The notes: generated from the sequence alone by a model not told the origin. Numbered from the whole stretch's first letter, positions 1 to 11,089 are shown. The stretch: 62,828 bases of DNA, filler included, from Malassezia furfur (GCA_052055015.1; 4 parts of 4 records of this genome joined end to end with filler, not necessarily neighbours in it), one strand, 5' to 3'. Numbers and translations: made by a program.

Positions 1-1922
1 GCGGCTACGACGTCGACGCCGTGCTCCTCTTCCCCTCGCCGCGCTACCAAAACGACCTGTACCTGCAGCAGCTCCTCCGCGACGAGCTCGACCTGCCCGT
101 GTTTGCCGTCGGCGGGCCCAGCGCGCAGGGCTGGGGGGCGCCCCCGGTCCGCGCAGCGCACACCGCCGACGACGTCGCGCAGATGCGCACCTACTACCAC
201 GGCCTCGTCCACGGCACCGACGAGCACCCGGGCCTCTTTCCCGTCGTGCGCCATCTGCGCGAGCGGCACGCGGCGCGGCACGCCGAGCTCACGACGCTCG
301 CGCCGCGCACGTACGCACAGTGCTGGTGGCCGTTTACGCAGCACACGCGGTACACGCCCGACGACGTGATGGCCATCGACAGCGCGCACGGCGACGCATT
401 CGCCGTGTACGACAACGACACACTCCGCCCCATGGTCGACGGCTCCGCGTCCTGGTGGACGCAGTGCGTCGGACACGCGCACCCGCGCCTCGCGAGCGCC
501 GCGGCGTACGCGGCGGGGCGCTACGGCCACGTCCTGTTCCCGGGCGCGGCGAATGCGCCGGCACTCGAGCTCACCGAGCGCCTGCTCGGCCGCACGCCGC
601 ACTCGTTCACCGCGCCCGGCCACTGGGCCGACCGCGTGTTCTTTAGCGACGACGGCAGCACCGGCATGGAGGTCGCGCTGAAGATGGCGATCCAGTCGGC
701 CGTCCGGCGCTACGACCCGCAGCCCACCTCCGCGGCCACGCACGCACGCATCGCGCCGGGGCGCGAGGCCGGCGCGCTCGGCGGGCGCCCGCCCCGCGAG
801 TGGCAGGTGCTCGGCCTGCAGGGCAGCTACCACGGCGACACGATCGGCGCGATGGACGCGTGCGAGCCGAGCATCTATAGCGAGCACGTCGCGTGGTACC
901 GCGGCCGCGGGCAGTGGCTCGCGCCGCCGACGCTGCACACGCGCGCGGGGCACGTCGAGGTGCAGGTCCCGGCGTCGCTTCGCACGCACGGCGACGCACC
1001 GGCCACCGCGACGTACGCGTCGCTCGACGACGTGTACGACGTCGCGCACCGGCTCGAGCACGACGCGCTCGCCGCCCACTACCGCGCCGCGCTCCACGAC
1101 ACGCTCGAGCGCCTCGTCCTCGTCGAGGGGCACCGCTTTGGCGCGCTCGTCCTCGAGCCGCTCGTGATGGGCGCGGGGGGGATGGTGTTTGTCGACCCGC
1201 TCTTCCAGCGCGTGCTGATCGACGTGGTGCGCGCGCGCGAAGACCTGTTTGCGCAGCGCGACGCACCGCTGCGCACGCCGGTGCCGCACACGCCGGTGCC
1301 CACGCCGGGCGCCTGGCGCGGCCTGCCCGTCGTGTTTGACGAGGTGTTCACGGGCCTGTTCCGCCTGGGCTTTGCGAGCGCCGCCGAGGTGCTCGGCACG
1401 ACGCCCGACATTGCATGCTACGCCAAGATCCTCTCGGGCGGCCTCGTGCCGCTCTCGGTCACGCTCGCGACGGACGACATCTTTGCGACGTTTGCGTCGT
1501 CCCCGGAAAAAACGCACGCGCTCCTCCACGGGCACAGCTACACGGCGCACCCGGTGGGGTGCGCGGTCGCCAACGAGACGCTCACGATCCTCGACACGCT
1601 GCACGCCCAGGGCGCCTGGCTGCCCCACCAGCGCGCGTGGGGGCGCGCGTGGAGCTTCTGGGACCGCGCGTGGGTCGAGCAGCTGTCGCACCACGAGCGC
1701 GTCGCAAGCGCCATGGCGCTCGGCACCGTGCTCAAGATCGAGCTCGCCGACGCGCACCAGGGGTACGCGTCCAACGCCGCCGAGTCGCTGCTCGCTCAGC
1801 TGCGCACACACGGCGTGCATCTACGGCCGCTGGGCAACGTGATCTATGTGATGTGCAGCCTCACCACGCCCGCCGACGTCCTCGACGCAGTGCAGACGCG
1901 GCTCCTCGCCGCACTTTCGTAG
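1..1922 (+). CDS. BIO3-BIO1: Bifunctional dethiobiotin synthetase / 7,8-diaminopelargonate (DAPA) aminotransferase, 5'-truncated by the window edge
   Basis: Frame open from the window start. Class-III PLP aminotransferase motifs of BioA: WWPFTQH, DGSASWWT, FFSDDGSTGMEVALKMA, SYHGDTIGAM, LVLEPLVMGAGGM, FDEVFTG, AKILSGG (PLP lysine), HGHSYTAHP, RPLGNVIY. Confidence 0.93.
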   Translation, partial: GYDVDAVLLFPSPRYQNDLYLQQLLRDELDLPVFAVGGPSAQGWGAPPVRAAHTADDVAQMRTYYHGLVHGTDEHPGLFPVVRHLRERHAARHAELTTLAPRTYAQCWWPFTQHTRYTPDDVMAIDSAHGDAFAVYDNDTLRPMVDGSASWWTQCVGHAHPRLASAAAYAAGRYGHVLFPGAANAPALELTERLLGRTPHSFTAPGHWADRVFFSDDGSTGMEVALKMAIQSAVRRYDPQPTSAATHARIAPGREAGALGGRPPREWQVLGLQGSYHGDTIGAMDACEPSIYSEHVAWYRGRGQWLAPPTLHTRAGHVEVQVPASLRTHGDAPATATYASLDDVYDVAHRLEHDALAAHYRAALHDTLERLVLVEGHRFGALVLEPLVMGAGGMVFVDPLFQRVLIDVVRAREDLFAQRDAPLRTPVPHTPVPTPGAWRGLPVVFDEVFTGLFRLGFASAAEVLGTTPDIACYAKILSGGLVPLSVTLATDDIFATFASSPEKTHALLHGHSYTAHPVGCAVANETLTILDTLHAQGAWLPHQRAWGRAWSFWDRAWVEQLSHHERVASAMALGTVLKIELADAHQGYASNAAESLLAQLRTHGVHLRPLGNVIYVMCSLTTPADVLDAVQTRLLAALS

Positions 1923-1928
1923 CGTACT

Positions 1929-4504
1929 CTACAACTTCCACTGCGACGTGGACGAGGCACCGGCGCCCGGCGCCGCCGCACGGCCCTTGGCGTCGCGCTT
2001 GCCCGACACGGCCTGCTTGACGCTCTGCCGCTTGCTGTCCTTGCCGACCACCGACACGCCCTTGTTGCCCAGCAGGCTCTTGAGCGCCTCGTCTTTTTGC
2101 GCCTTGACCGCCGGCCGCGGCGCACCGCCGTTGCGCGCAATCGCCTCCTCGGCGCGCTTGATGCGCTCGTTGCGCTTCCGCTTCGCCTGCCGCAGCTGGT
2201 TGTGCTGCCGGCGCTTGTCCGCGGACGACATCTCGCTCTTGGCGCCCGCCATCGCCGGCGCGTGCGACGACGCGGCATACACCTCCTCGGGCGCCAGCAT
2301 CGTGCCGGCCGACATGGTCGTCGGCAGCGCCGACTCCATCGCGATCGACGGCGTGTTCGACACCGTCTCGATCGCCGCCTTGGGCGCCTTCGGCGTGTAG
2401 TGCGCATTGCTCAGCGCATCCAGCTTGTTGAACAGGCTCTCCAGGTCCCGCGAAATCGCCTGGTGCTCGCGCGCAAGCTTCGCATCGCTCTCGGACGCCG
2501 GCGCATCCGCCGCATCGCCGCGCGCCGCTTGGTACTCGTCCTCGTACAGCTCCGCAAGGCTCTTGTGGCTCTTGGCGTCCGACAGGTCGAGCAGCTTCGC
2601 CGAGGTGAACGGCAGCGCATCGAGATCACGCTGCCGGATCACATCGTCATAGTGCCGGTCGAGGATGCGCCGCTTGATCATCGCCTCGATGCCCTCGTTG
2701 TGCTCCTGCGTGGCCACCGGCGTGGTCTTTGCACTCCGGTCGAACTCCAGGTCCTCTTCCAGCAGGCTGTCGACGGGGCGCGCGCGGGACGACGCCTCGC
2801 CCATCAGCGTCCAGTCCTTGGCCTGCACATTTTCGTCCTCGTACCGCGCAATTTCGTCGCGCAGCTCCTGCTGTCGCCGCTCGTATGCAGAAAGGTAGTC
2901 GCCCTCGGGCTCGGGCTCGTCGGCAAACAGGTCGCCAGCCACGCGCGTCGCGGTCGCATCCGCCTGGGCGTCGTCGCTCTGCTCCGACTCGGAGGCATCC
3001 TCCTCCATCGGGTCCATCGCCGCCTCCTCTTCCTCGTGGTCCTCGTCTTCCTCGTCCTCCTCGTCCTCCTCCTCGTCTTCTTCGTCCTCGTCCTCGTCCT
3101 CCTCGTCCTCCTCGTCCTCCCCGTCCTCCCCGTCCTCCTCCTCGTCCATGTCGACACGCCCATCGGCGCCATGGTCGACGGCAATCTCGTCCTCCACCTC
3201 TTCCTCCTCGTCCTCATCGTCACTGTCGCTCTCGCTGTCGTCGTCGTCGCCCGCGCCAATTAGCCCGGAAATCTGGCCGCGTGGCCTCGCCTTCTTGATC
3301 GGACGCACACGCACTTGGTCGTGGAAGCGCACACTCGTCTTGCGCTCCGGCTCCGCAGGCGGCGCCGGCGCTGGCGCACGCTCCTTGCGCTGCGCCTTGG
3401 GCGCCTTCTTGGGGGGGTCGAAGAAGTCGGAGTACATAATGTCGGCGCCGGACATGTCCTCGTCGTCCTCCTCCTCTTCGCTCTCGTCGTCTTCGTGATC
3501 GACCGAGGCAAAGAGGTCGATCCCATCGTCGTCCTCCTCCTCGTCTTCCCCAGACAGGTTGGCACGCGACGTCGATCCCTGGCGCTCGGCCGCCTCGGTC
3601 CGCCGGTTGAACTCGTCAATGGAAAAGAAGCCGTCGTCCAGCGTCGGATGCCGCCGCTGGCGCGACGTCGACGTCTCTTCCGGCTCGTCCTCGAGCTGGT
3701 CCAAGAGACTCTTGGACGCACGGCCGTCGTCGCCGTCCTCGTCACTGTCGTCGCTGCCTTCGCCGCCGTCTTCTTGCTCCATCAGCGCCTGGAAGAGCGC
3801 AGGGTCGCTCACATTGTACATGTTCATCATTTCGGCGCGCTCCTTCTCTGCCTTGCGCTTCTGCTGCTCCTCCTCGGAGTGCAGCGGCTCATAAAACACC
3901 TCGTCGGGGTCCACGTCGCTCAGGTCCGACGCACCAGGGAAGCCCTCGTCTGCACTGTCGCTCTCTTCGTCCTCCCATTCGTCGTCGCTGCCCTCGTCGT
4001 CGGGTGCTCCCACCGAGTCCGCCAGGACATCGTCGTCCGACGACGAAGTCTCCTCGTCGTCGTCGTCGTCCTCACCCACGGCACTCGACATCACTTTTTC
4101 CAGGACTTTGGACAGCTTCGCCGTGCGCAGCTCAAGCTGCTGCCACACCTGCTCGTTCTCCATGCCGTCCAACACCAGTTGGTCCAGCGCCGTCGCTGGG
4201 AAGAGCGGATGCGCGGCATCTTCCTCGCCGCGCTTGCGCTTCTGTGCACCGCCGCTCGCCCTTGGCTCCACCGACTGGAGCAGCGACGAAATATACGGGA
4301 GCGAGCTCTTTTCTTGCGCCACGCCTGTGTCAGACGACCCAACGTACCTTGGTCAAAGAGCGCTTTGGTGGCCTGTTTCGCAGCAGCTTGCGTCTCGGCG
4401 TCGCCGATCGCGAGCACATGCGGCGCCTCTTGGATATGCTCTACAAGCGACTGCGCCTGCAGCGGAGGCTGTCGCTCTACGGCCGCCGACTCTGCTCTCG
4501 CCAT
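1929..4504 (-). CDS. MPP10: U3 snoRNP / SSU processome protein Mpp10; 2 exons, 23-nt intron at 4325-4347
   Basis: Motifs EQVWQQLELR, DDGFFSIDEFN, IMYSDFFDPP, WTLMGEASSRARPVDSLLEEDLEFD, KSLAELYEDEY, LFNKLDALSNAHYTPK, LAPEEVY. Intron GTACGTTGGGTCGTCTGACACAG joins LFDQG to VAQEK in frame. Confidence 0.95.
3028..3147 (-). repeat. Low-complexity acidic (GAG/GAC, Glu/Asp) codon repeat inside MPP10
   Basis: Runs of TCCTCGTCC on the + strand encode DEEEDGEDGEDEEDEEDEDEDEEDEEEDEEDEEDEDHEEEE. Confidence 0.8.
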
Positions 4505-4557
4505 CGCAACCGCCGTACGATCGAATCACGAACCAACGTCGCGAAATATTTTAACGG

Positions 4558-5043
4558 TCACGTGCCGGGTCCGGGGGAGGCCGACGAAGACGCTTCCTCC
4601 CAGGGCTTCTTGGGCCGCTCGAGCGTCGACGTGCTCGGCGCGCTCTCGTTGATCTTGAGAGGGATGTCGCGCACGCCAGGGATCTTGTCCTCTTGACCCG
4701 TAGCAATCAGCTCGACAATCGCATTGAAGGACGCAGGGTACTGCTCCACCGGCTCGGACGCCGCGGGCTGGGCCTCTGCTTCGCCAGGGGTTGCAGAGGC
4801 CGGTTCCGTGGATGCGGAAGCGCCCTGCGTCTGTGCTCTGCATCAGTCAACAACAACGCACTTGTGCTCGTAGTAAAACTGGCGCGCCTGCGCAACCGTC
4901 GCTTTGATCTCCTCTTCAGGCACACCTTGCTCAATCATAGGCGCAATAATGGCTTGGATACCTTGCTGCACGGTGAGACAGGGTGCATTACCTACCTGGA
5001 GCTCGGCATCGTCCGGCACACTCGTGGACCCCGCAACGCTCAT
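4558..5043 (-). CDS. PEX39: KPWE-domain protein (PEX39 / C6orf226-like peroxin); 3 exons, introns 4966-4995 (30 nt) and 4838-4861 (24 nt)
   Basis: Spliced product has the N-terminal helical motif DDAELQQGIQAII...QARQFYYEH and the C-terminal YPASFNAIVELIATGQEDKIPGVRDIP...RPKKPWE, matching the fungal KPWE-domain family as I recall it. Intron 2 carries an in-frame TGA. Confidence 0.72.
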
Positions 5044-5111
5044 TGTGCACGGCGAACGTGTGGGTGGAGGTACCACGTGCTCTCTCCTTTCGCTGCACGC
5101 CGCGCGTTGTC

Positions 5112-6650
5112 ATGAGCGAAGAGGCGGCCACGGAACGGCTGGCGCCGCCAGAGAGTGCCGCGCCTGAAATGGCCCCTGCTACAGCACAGCAGGAGCCGAG
5201 CACACACCAAAATGGCCACGGTCCAGCGACGGCGCCCGACAATGAGCATCTCCGGCGACGCGTTCTCTACGTATCGGCGAACCAACCGGCGCTCCTGCGC
5301 CTTCCTTCTGGCATGACGAAGCAGGTCGTCCTGGAGCCCGGGAAAACGGTGTCGATTGGCAAGTTTGGCTCCTTTGCTGCCGACGACGTGATTGGGCGCC
5401 CTTATGGCCCAACGTACGAAATCCAGGCCGACGGCCACCTGGAAATCATGCACCAAGACGTGGCCGAAGCACTGAGTACGTCTCCCTCTCTTACACCGCA
5501 GCCGAGAACGAGGCCACAAATGAAAACATATTTGACGATGGCGAGTCGCAGTCGCTCTCGTACGAAGACATCAAGGCGCTCAAAGAGGCGGGCGCGACTG
5601 GGCGCGTACGTTTGGCAACGCTCACACAGGAAATCATCCAAAAACAGCTCGAGGGGAACAAGAGCTACGACTTGCGGACAACGTACAGCCGCGACAAGAT
5701 CATGAAGCGCAAAGAGGCGAAACACCTGAAATTCTTTACGCCGCTGCCTCCAGACCTCAACAACGTGGCATGGTACAACTTTGAGCGGCACCCCGACAAG
5801 ATTCGCTGGCTCCGGCCCGATGCGCTCTCGCAGCTGCTGTCATTTGCAGACGTGCGTGCGGGTGGGAAGTACTTGGTCGTCGACGGCGTCGGTGGCCTGC
5901 TCACGGGTGCGATCCTCGAACGCATGGGCGGTACGTTTCGGAGGCTGACAGCAGGGAGCGGATCGGTGCATTTGATCCACGACGCAGACTCGCCCCCGGC
6001 CTTGGAGTTGCTGCCTCTATTTAATCTTACGCCATACCACACCCGCCATGTGTTGCACACGATGCACTGGGCTGCCACCGAGGGCCGCTGGACTTTGCGT
6101 ACGTCTTTTCCTTAACGCAGCGTCGCATATGGCCGACGAACTTGCGCGCGTGTACAAGACAGACCGCGAGCGCAACCGCGCGAGGAAAAAGCGTGCAGGT
6201 ATCGAAGAGTTTGTGGCCACACGCCAGCAATTCTTCGACGGCGAGTTTGACGGGTGCGTCGAAGCGACTCACGCAGCGCCATCATTGCGTGCCCCTATGA
6301 GCCCTATTCGGTAATCCACCGGTTTTTGCCTTATCTGGCTGGCTCGTCCAACATTGCTGTGCACAGCCCACAGCTGCAGGTACGTCGCCCTACTAAGACA
6401 GCCCCTGGTGGAAACCCAAGCGCGGCTGCGTGCGAATCCCAGCTTCATCAACGTCTCTATCACCGAGCCGTGGCTCCGGCGGTACCAGGTGTTGCCGGCA
6501 CGAACTCATCCAGACATGTCGACGTCGGCCAGCGGCGGGTACATCCTACATGCCGTGCGCATTCTCAGCGACGACGTTGAGATCGACGAAAAGGGCACAC
6601 CCGAGGCGCCCCCTTCGCCCCTTCCCACCGACGCTGCGCCGGAGGCCTAA
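5112..6650 (+). CDS. TRM6: tRNA (adenine(58)-N1)-methyltransferase non-catalytic subunit; 7 exons, introns 5476-5501, 5606-5629, 5931-5954, 6099-6120, 6254-6276, 6380-6401
   Basis: Motifs VSIGKFGSFAADDVIGRPYGPTYEI, NENIFDDGESQSLSYEDIKALK, LRPDALSQLLSFADV, EPWLRRYQVLPARTHPDMSTSASGGYIL. Six GT-AG introns of 22-26 nt give one continuous frame. Confidence 0.93.
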
Positions 6651-6895
6651 CCTCCACACGCCCGCAAAAATTGTCTCAGACCGCGCACGGACATCCACCT
6701 GGGTAGAAGTTACGTAGATGCTGGATCGAACAATTTTGGGACAAGCGTGCGGGATGGGTGGCACACCGTCTCTCGTTCACGACAGCATCTGCGTCGCGCG
6801 TGTACCTGGTTGCGACCCGGAGAACATCGTTGATTGAAAACTAGCTGGCTCTGTTCTGAACCACCGATTGCATCGTAAACGAGTTGGAAGCCCTG

Positions 6896-8053
6896 ATGCC
6901 CCTGCCCAGCTTGCGCCACGTCACGGGGACGTCCGATGCGGTTCTTGAGCGCATGCTCACGGCCTTTGGAACCAGTCCCCCCACTACGGACGGCACCCTG
7001 GGCGCAGAGTCAGACAGGGCTTCGCTGGTGTCGGATTCCGAGTCCCTCTCGGACGAAGACGAGTGGATGCCCGAGGCGCGTTCGACAAAGAACCCCGAAC
7101 CGTACGTTATTCACCGTCCGTTCGATTTTGCGACTTTTCACCGCAGCCTGCCGTCTTTGAAACAGTCCAATTCGCTCCGGAGGAAGCACAGTGCGAAGCG
7201 CTCGCAGCCGCCCGGCGCGGCTCGCTCGCACAGCGCCATGCCGAGTGGCACGACTCCCCCTGCGCAGGACCCGCAGGGCTCGGGGGGCAAGGTCTCACTG
7301 ATCCAGCGGCTAACCAATGGCGAGTCGCGGCGCCAGCGCCGCCGCCAGGTCAAGCTGCGCCATTTCCACGGCCGAGTCTTGGGCGTGTTGCACGGCGTGC
7401 CGGACCCGATCTGCCCTGACGAGATCGGGACACCCGCGGTATCCCGCGGTCTCGGCAAAGAGGGACTTGCCCCGTGCGAACCACCCGAGGCTCTCTCTGG
7501 CGCCACAATGAACCAGACACCGCTGGAGCGGCCCATGACGCCGCTGTGTACCAAGATCGCGCGGTCGCAATCCCTGCGGTCTATGCCGCCGCGTCGCAAG
7601 CCCGTACCGCGACTCATCTCCCACAACCGCGCCGAGAGCGAACCCACGCCCTACGGGGAAGCGAGCCATGTGCCTTCCCTTCCGCGACGCGCATCACACC
7701 AGTCGCTGACCGTGCGACCCAGTAACCAACCGCCCCCGCGGCCACCCAAGAGTGCGCTGCGGAGGATGGCCACCGTGTTCCGGCCATCGCCTGTGGTCGC
7801 CACGATGTACGACCCGTCCTGTGCCGTGGGGATCCACTCCTACGAGTTGTCTTCGTCGGCCAGCTTCGATGCACACGATTGCGAAGCGCCACCGCTGGAC
7901 TCGGACCATTCGGACACGGACGATACCGACAGTGCGCCGGACACGATGTACTCCCGCGTACCCGTGCAGTCCTTCTACGGGATGCAGAGTGCCACCAAGA
8001 ACATCGAGACGATGCCCCCCTTCCTTGCCCCGCCCATGAATGTGCCTCGGTAG
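6896..8053 (+). CDS. Hypothetical Ser/Pro/Arg-rich, probably disordered protein
   Basis: Open frame of about 385 codons from ATG 6896 filling an otherwise unexplained gap in a gene-dense genome. Pro-rich motifs RRKPVP and PPPRPPKSALR; no recognised domain. Confidence 0.6.
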   Translation: MPLPSLRHVTGTSDAVLERMLTAFGTSPPTTDGTLGAESDRASLVSDSESLSDEDEWMPEARSTKNPEPYVIHRPFDFATFHRSLPSLKQSNSLRRKHSAKRSQPPGAARSHSAMPSGTTPPAQDPQGSGGKVSLIQRLTNGESRRQRRRQVKLRHFHGRVLGVLHGVPDPICPDEIGTPAVSRGLGKEGLAPCEPPEALSGATMNQTPLERPMTPLCTKIARSQSLRSMPPRRKPVPRLISHNRAESEPTPYGEASHVPSLPRRASHQSLTVRPSNQPPPRPPKSALRRMATVFRPSPVVATMYDPSCAVGIHSYELSSSASFDAHDCEAPPLDSDHSDTDDTDSAPDTMYSRVPVQSFYGMQSATKNIETMPPFLAPPMNVPR

Positions 8054-8162
8054 AACGCGACGTGAATAGCCTCAGACAATCCCCCCTCCATGTGGTGCCT
8101 TGGTCCATGCGCACGCACTCGGCCGACGATCCCCCACGCCTGGACTCCAACGGCCGCATGCG

Positions 8163-9164
8163 ATGGCAGGGGCAACGGCACGCGTCGACGATGACGTTGA
8201 GCAGCGTTCCAATCTGATCAAGCTGGCAGCCGATGGCTACTTGGATTCACACTTGGTGGACCGAAAACCACGGCCAGACTCGGCAGGTGTGCGCGCCGCC
8301 GACGCCGCGGCGCCGAGCGCCGATGCGCGGACCCACATTGCGCTCACGGCGCAAAACTTGGACCAGATTCCCGAGGCGGAGCAGCTAGCGCCGGGGATTC
8401 GCTTGCCCGAACATGTCATGGGTGCAGCGACGACGCCGGTCGCTGGGCCCGGTCGGTCAGCACAAGTGACCGGCGGGTCAGGCACCGGCGGATTGGCGGA
8501 TGATCTGGAGCCGAGCGTCCCGCCCGAGCTCGATCCACGCACGCCCGTGTTCCGCCCGGGCCACCCGAGTGCTGGCTCCGTCTTTTCGGTGGCTGTCCAA
8601 CCCGGGTCCCCGCGAAGCATCGCGACGGCAGAGATGGACCGAGGATCGGAGCGGCCGGCGCGGGCAGCGTCCTCGGTAGATGTCTCGCTGCGTACTTCGT
8701 CCAGCGACGACTCTTCGTCCTCACGCGCTACGACACCTGTCTATTCCGGGAGAGACTCGGGCAGCATGGTGCACAATACCCAGGGTACCTCGCGCCCCGA
8801 GAGTCTCGCAGACAGCGAAGCGGGGAGTGTGCTGAGCGATGCGAGCAACGTGGCCTACTCCGCAGACGTCCACGAGCAGGAGCTTGCGATCGAGCAGCAG
8901 CGCATGCGCGAGCGCGAGCAGGTCGGCGGCGAAATTGGGATCGGTGGCCCGATCGCCGTGCCGTTTGCGCGGCTGCCGGACCATTTGGTGCAGCTGCGTG
9001 GGTCGCAGTCGCACCGCTCGATGAGCTCGGCGGCGACCGTGGCGTCGTCGCCCGCGGCGTCCGTGCGCGAGTACGACCACGACGAGCCTGCGTCGCCGAC
9101 GCGCGGCAGCGCGTGGGGGCCCCGCGAGGAAGCGGCCGAGCCCTCTCCCCCCCTGCGTCCGTAG
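8163..9164 (+). CDS. Hypothetical Ser/Ala/Pro-rich protein
   Basis: Open frame of about 333 codons from ATG 8163 with protein-like composition (short coiled stretch EQELAIEQQRMREREQ). Ends 50 nt before PGS1. Confidence 0.6.
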   Translation: MAGATARVDDDVEQRSNLIKLAADGYLDSHLVDRKPRPDSAGVRAADAAAPSADARTHIALTAQNLDQIPEAEQLAPGIRLPEHVMGAATTPVAGPGRSAQVTGGSGTGGLADDLEPSVPPELDPRTPVFRPGHPSAGSVFSVAVQPGSPRSIATAEMDRGSERPARAASSVDVSLRTSSSDDSSSSRATTPVYSGRDSGSMVHNTQGTSRPESLADSEAGSVLSDASNVAYSADVHEQELAIEQQRMREREQVGGEIGIGGPIAVPFARLPDHLVQLRGSQSHRSMSSAATVASSPAASVREYDHDEPASPTRGSAWGPREEAAEPSPPLRP

Positions 9165-9214
9165 TGCATACACGTGACCCAATCGGCGCCGGCGCGGCGC
9201 TTGTGCCCCCGACC

Positions 9215-11032
9215 ATGGCGAGCCTGCTGCGCTGGAGCACCTGCGTGGTGAGTCGCGTGCGGCCTGCGCGAGCGCCGAGCGCGCTGTGCGCGGTGCGGCA
9301 CATGAGCACGGAGCATGGGCGTGCCGACTGGCCCGCGATACCCCCCGTGTCGGTCGACGAGCCGAACCAGCTCACGAAGCTGGTGTCCGACGCGCTGCAG
9401 CTGCCGCGTTTCGCGGTCGACTCGGCGTCGGTGGTGCGTATCGAGACGCCGCGCCAGTTCTATGGGCTGCTCAAGACCAAAATCCTGCAGGCGAAGCACC
9501 GCATCTTCCTCTCGACCCTGTACGTCGGCAAGGAGGAGCGCGAGCTGGCGCGTTATCTGTGCGAGGCGCTGTCGAAGCGCCCCGAGCTGCAGGTCACCAT
9601 CCTCATGGATGCGATGCGCGCGACGCGCGAGTCGCCCAAGAGCGTGTCGAGCGCGTCGCTGCTCGTGCACCTCGCGGGGATGTTCCCGGACCAGGTGGAC
9701 ATCCGCCTGTATGCGACGCCGCTGCTGCGGCCCAACAGCACCAAGGCGCGCATCATCGGCAAGCGCTTCAACGAGGGCTTTGGGCTGCAGCACATGAAGG
9801 TGTACGGCTTCGACGACGACGTGATCATCACGGGCGCCAACCTTTCGCGCGACTACTTCACGCGCCGCAAGGACCGCTACATGATGATCCGCCGGCACGC
9901 GTTCCTCGCCGACTACCTCCATGCACTCATCCTGCTCGTGAGCCGCTTCAGCTATGCGCTGCGCTACAACGGCGACGCCGCCGAGCTGCGCAAGATGATC
10001 CAGGCGATGCCCGAGCTCGACGACTCCTCGGACGAGTACCTCGCGCTGTGCCACTCGCCGTTCCTGCTCGAGTGGGACGGCGGCGCGAACCTCTTGTCCG
10101 TCGAGGACACCGACGGGACGATCAGCTCCGCGGGCCTCTGGCACGACATCCAGTCGTTCCCGGAGCGCAACTGGGCCACCAAGGCGACCAAGGCCCTGCA
10201 CGAGTTCACCGCGCGCTGGTACGAGCGCACGCAGGACACGAGCGGCGCTCCGCCGCAGCACGCACCCCCACGCAACGCCGACACCTTCATTGTGCCTCTG
10301 CTGCAGATCGGCCAGCTGAACGTCACACAGGAGGCCGACATGATACCCTATCTCAGCCGATACCTCGGCGCCCTCCAGCGCACGGCGGAAAGCGCCGCAG
10401 AGGAGCCACCGTACGCCATCGTGGACATCACGTCCGGCTACTTTAGTCTCGCGGGGGTGTACAAGTCGCTCGTCTTCTCCCGAGAGCTCCACGCGCTCGC
10501 CCAGGACCCGGACCGCATCCCGGTCGCCTTCCGGCTCGTCGCGGCGTCGCCCGAGGCCAACGGGTTCTTTGGGAGCAAGGGGATCAGCGGGCGCATCCCG
10601 CACGCCTACACCTACCTCGAGCGCCAGTTCTGGGAGCAGGTCGTCCAGCGCGGCCTCCACAAGCCCGTGCGCAACAGCGCCGAAGCGGCCGAGGCCGACC
10701 CCACGCCGACGATCGAGCTCCGCGAGTGGCGCAAGTACGGCTGGACCTACCACCAAAAAGGTGTGTGGATCACGCCCCCGGGCACCACGCTCCCGTCCAC
10801 GACGCTCATCGGGTCGTCCAACTACGGCATGCGCTCCGAAAACTTCGATGTGGAGTGCTCGCTCCTGATGACGACCCAGTCGCGCCCGCTGCGCCGCCTG
10901 CTCGAGGCCGAAGTAGAGGACATGCGCGACGACGCCCGCGACGTGATGGACTTGCAGGCGTTCAATGCGCCGGACCGCAAGGTCGACCTCATCACGCGCA
11001 TCCTCACGCGTCTCGTCCGGTACATGCTGTAG
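9215..11032 (+). CDS. PGS1: CDP-diacylglycerol--glycerol-3-phosphate 3-phosphatidyltransferase (mitochondrial PGP synthase)
   Basis: Motifs IFLSTLYVG, RFNEGFGLQHMKVYGFDDDVIITGANLSRDYF, ASPEANGFFGSKG, GWTYHQKGVW, IGSSNYG. Basic N-terminus resembling a mitochondrial presequence. Confidence 0.95.
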   Translation: MASLLRWSTCVVSRVRPARAPSALCAVRHMSTEHGRADWPAIPPVSVDEPNQLTKLVSDALQLPRFAVDSASVVRIETPRQFYGLLKTKILQAKHRIFLSTLYVGKEERELARYLCEALSKRPELQVTILMDAMRATRESPKSVSSASLLVHLAGMFPDQVDIRLYATPLLRPNSTKARIIGKRFNEGFGLQHMKVYGFDDDVIITGANLSRDYFTRRKDRYMMIRRHAFLADYLHALILLVSRFSYALRYNGDAAELRKMIQAMPELDDSSDEYLALCHSPFLLEWDGGANLLSVEDTDGTISSAGLWHDIQSFPERNWATKATKALHEFTARWYERTQDTSGAPPQHAPPRNADTFIVPLLQIGQLNVTQEADMIPYLSRYLGALQRTAESAAEEPPYAIVDITSGYFSLAGVYKSLVFSRELHALAQDPDRIPVAFRLVAASPEANGFFGSKGISGRIPHAYTYLERQFWEQVVQRGLHKPVRNSAEAAEADPTPTIELREWRKYGWTYHQKGVWITPPGTTLPSTTLIGSSNYGMRSENFDVECSLLMTTQSRPLRRLLEAEVEDMRDDARDVMDLQAFNAPDRKVDLITRILTRLVRYML

Positions 11033-11089
11033 TGCTCCACGCCTTCCTCCACCCATCGAAATACGCCCATTTTCGCGCCGCCCTCCACC

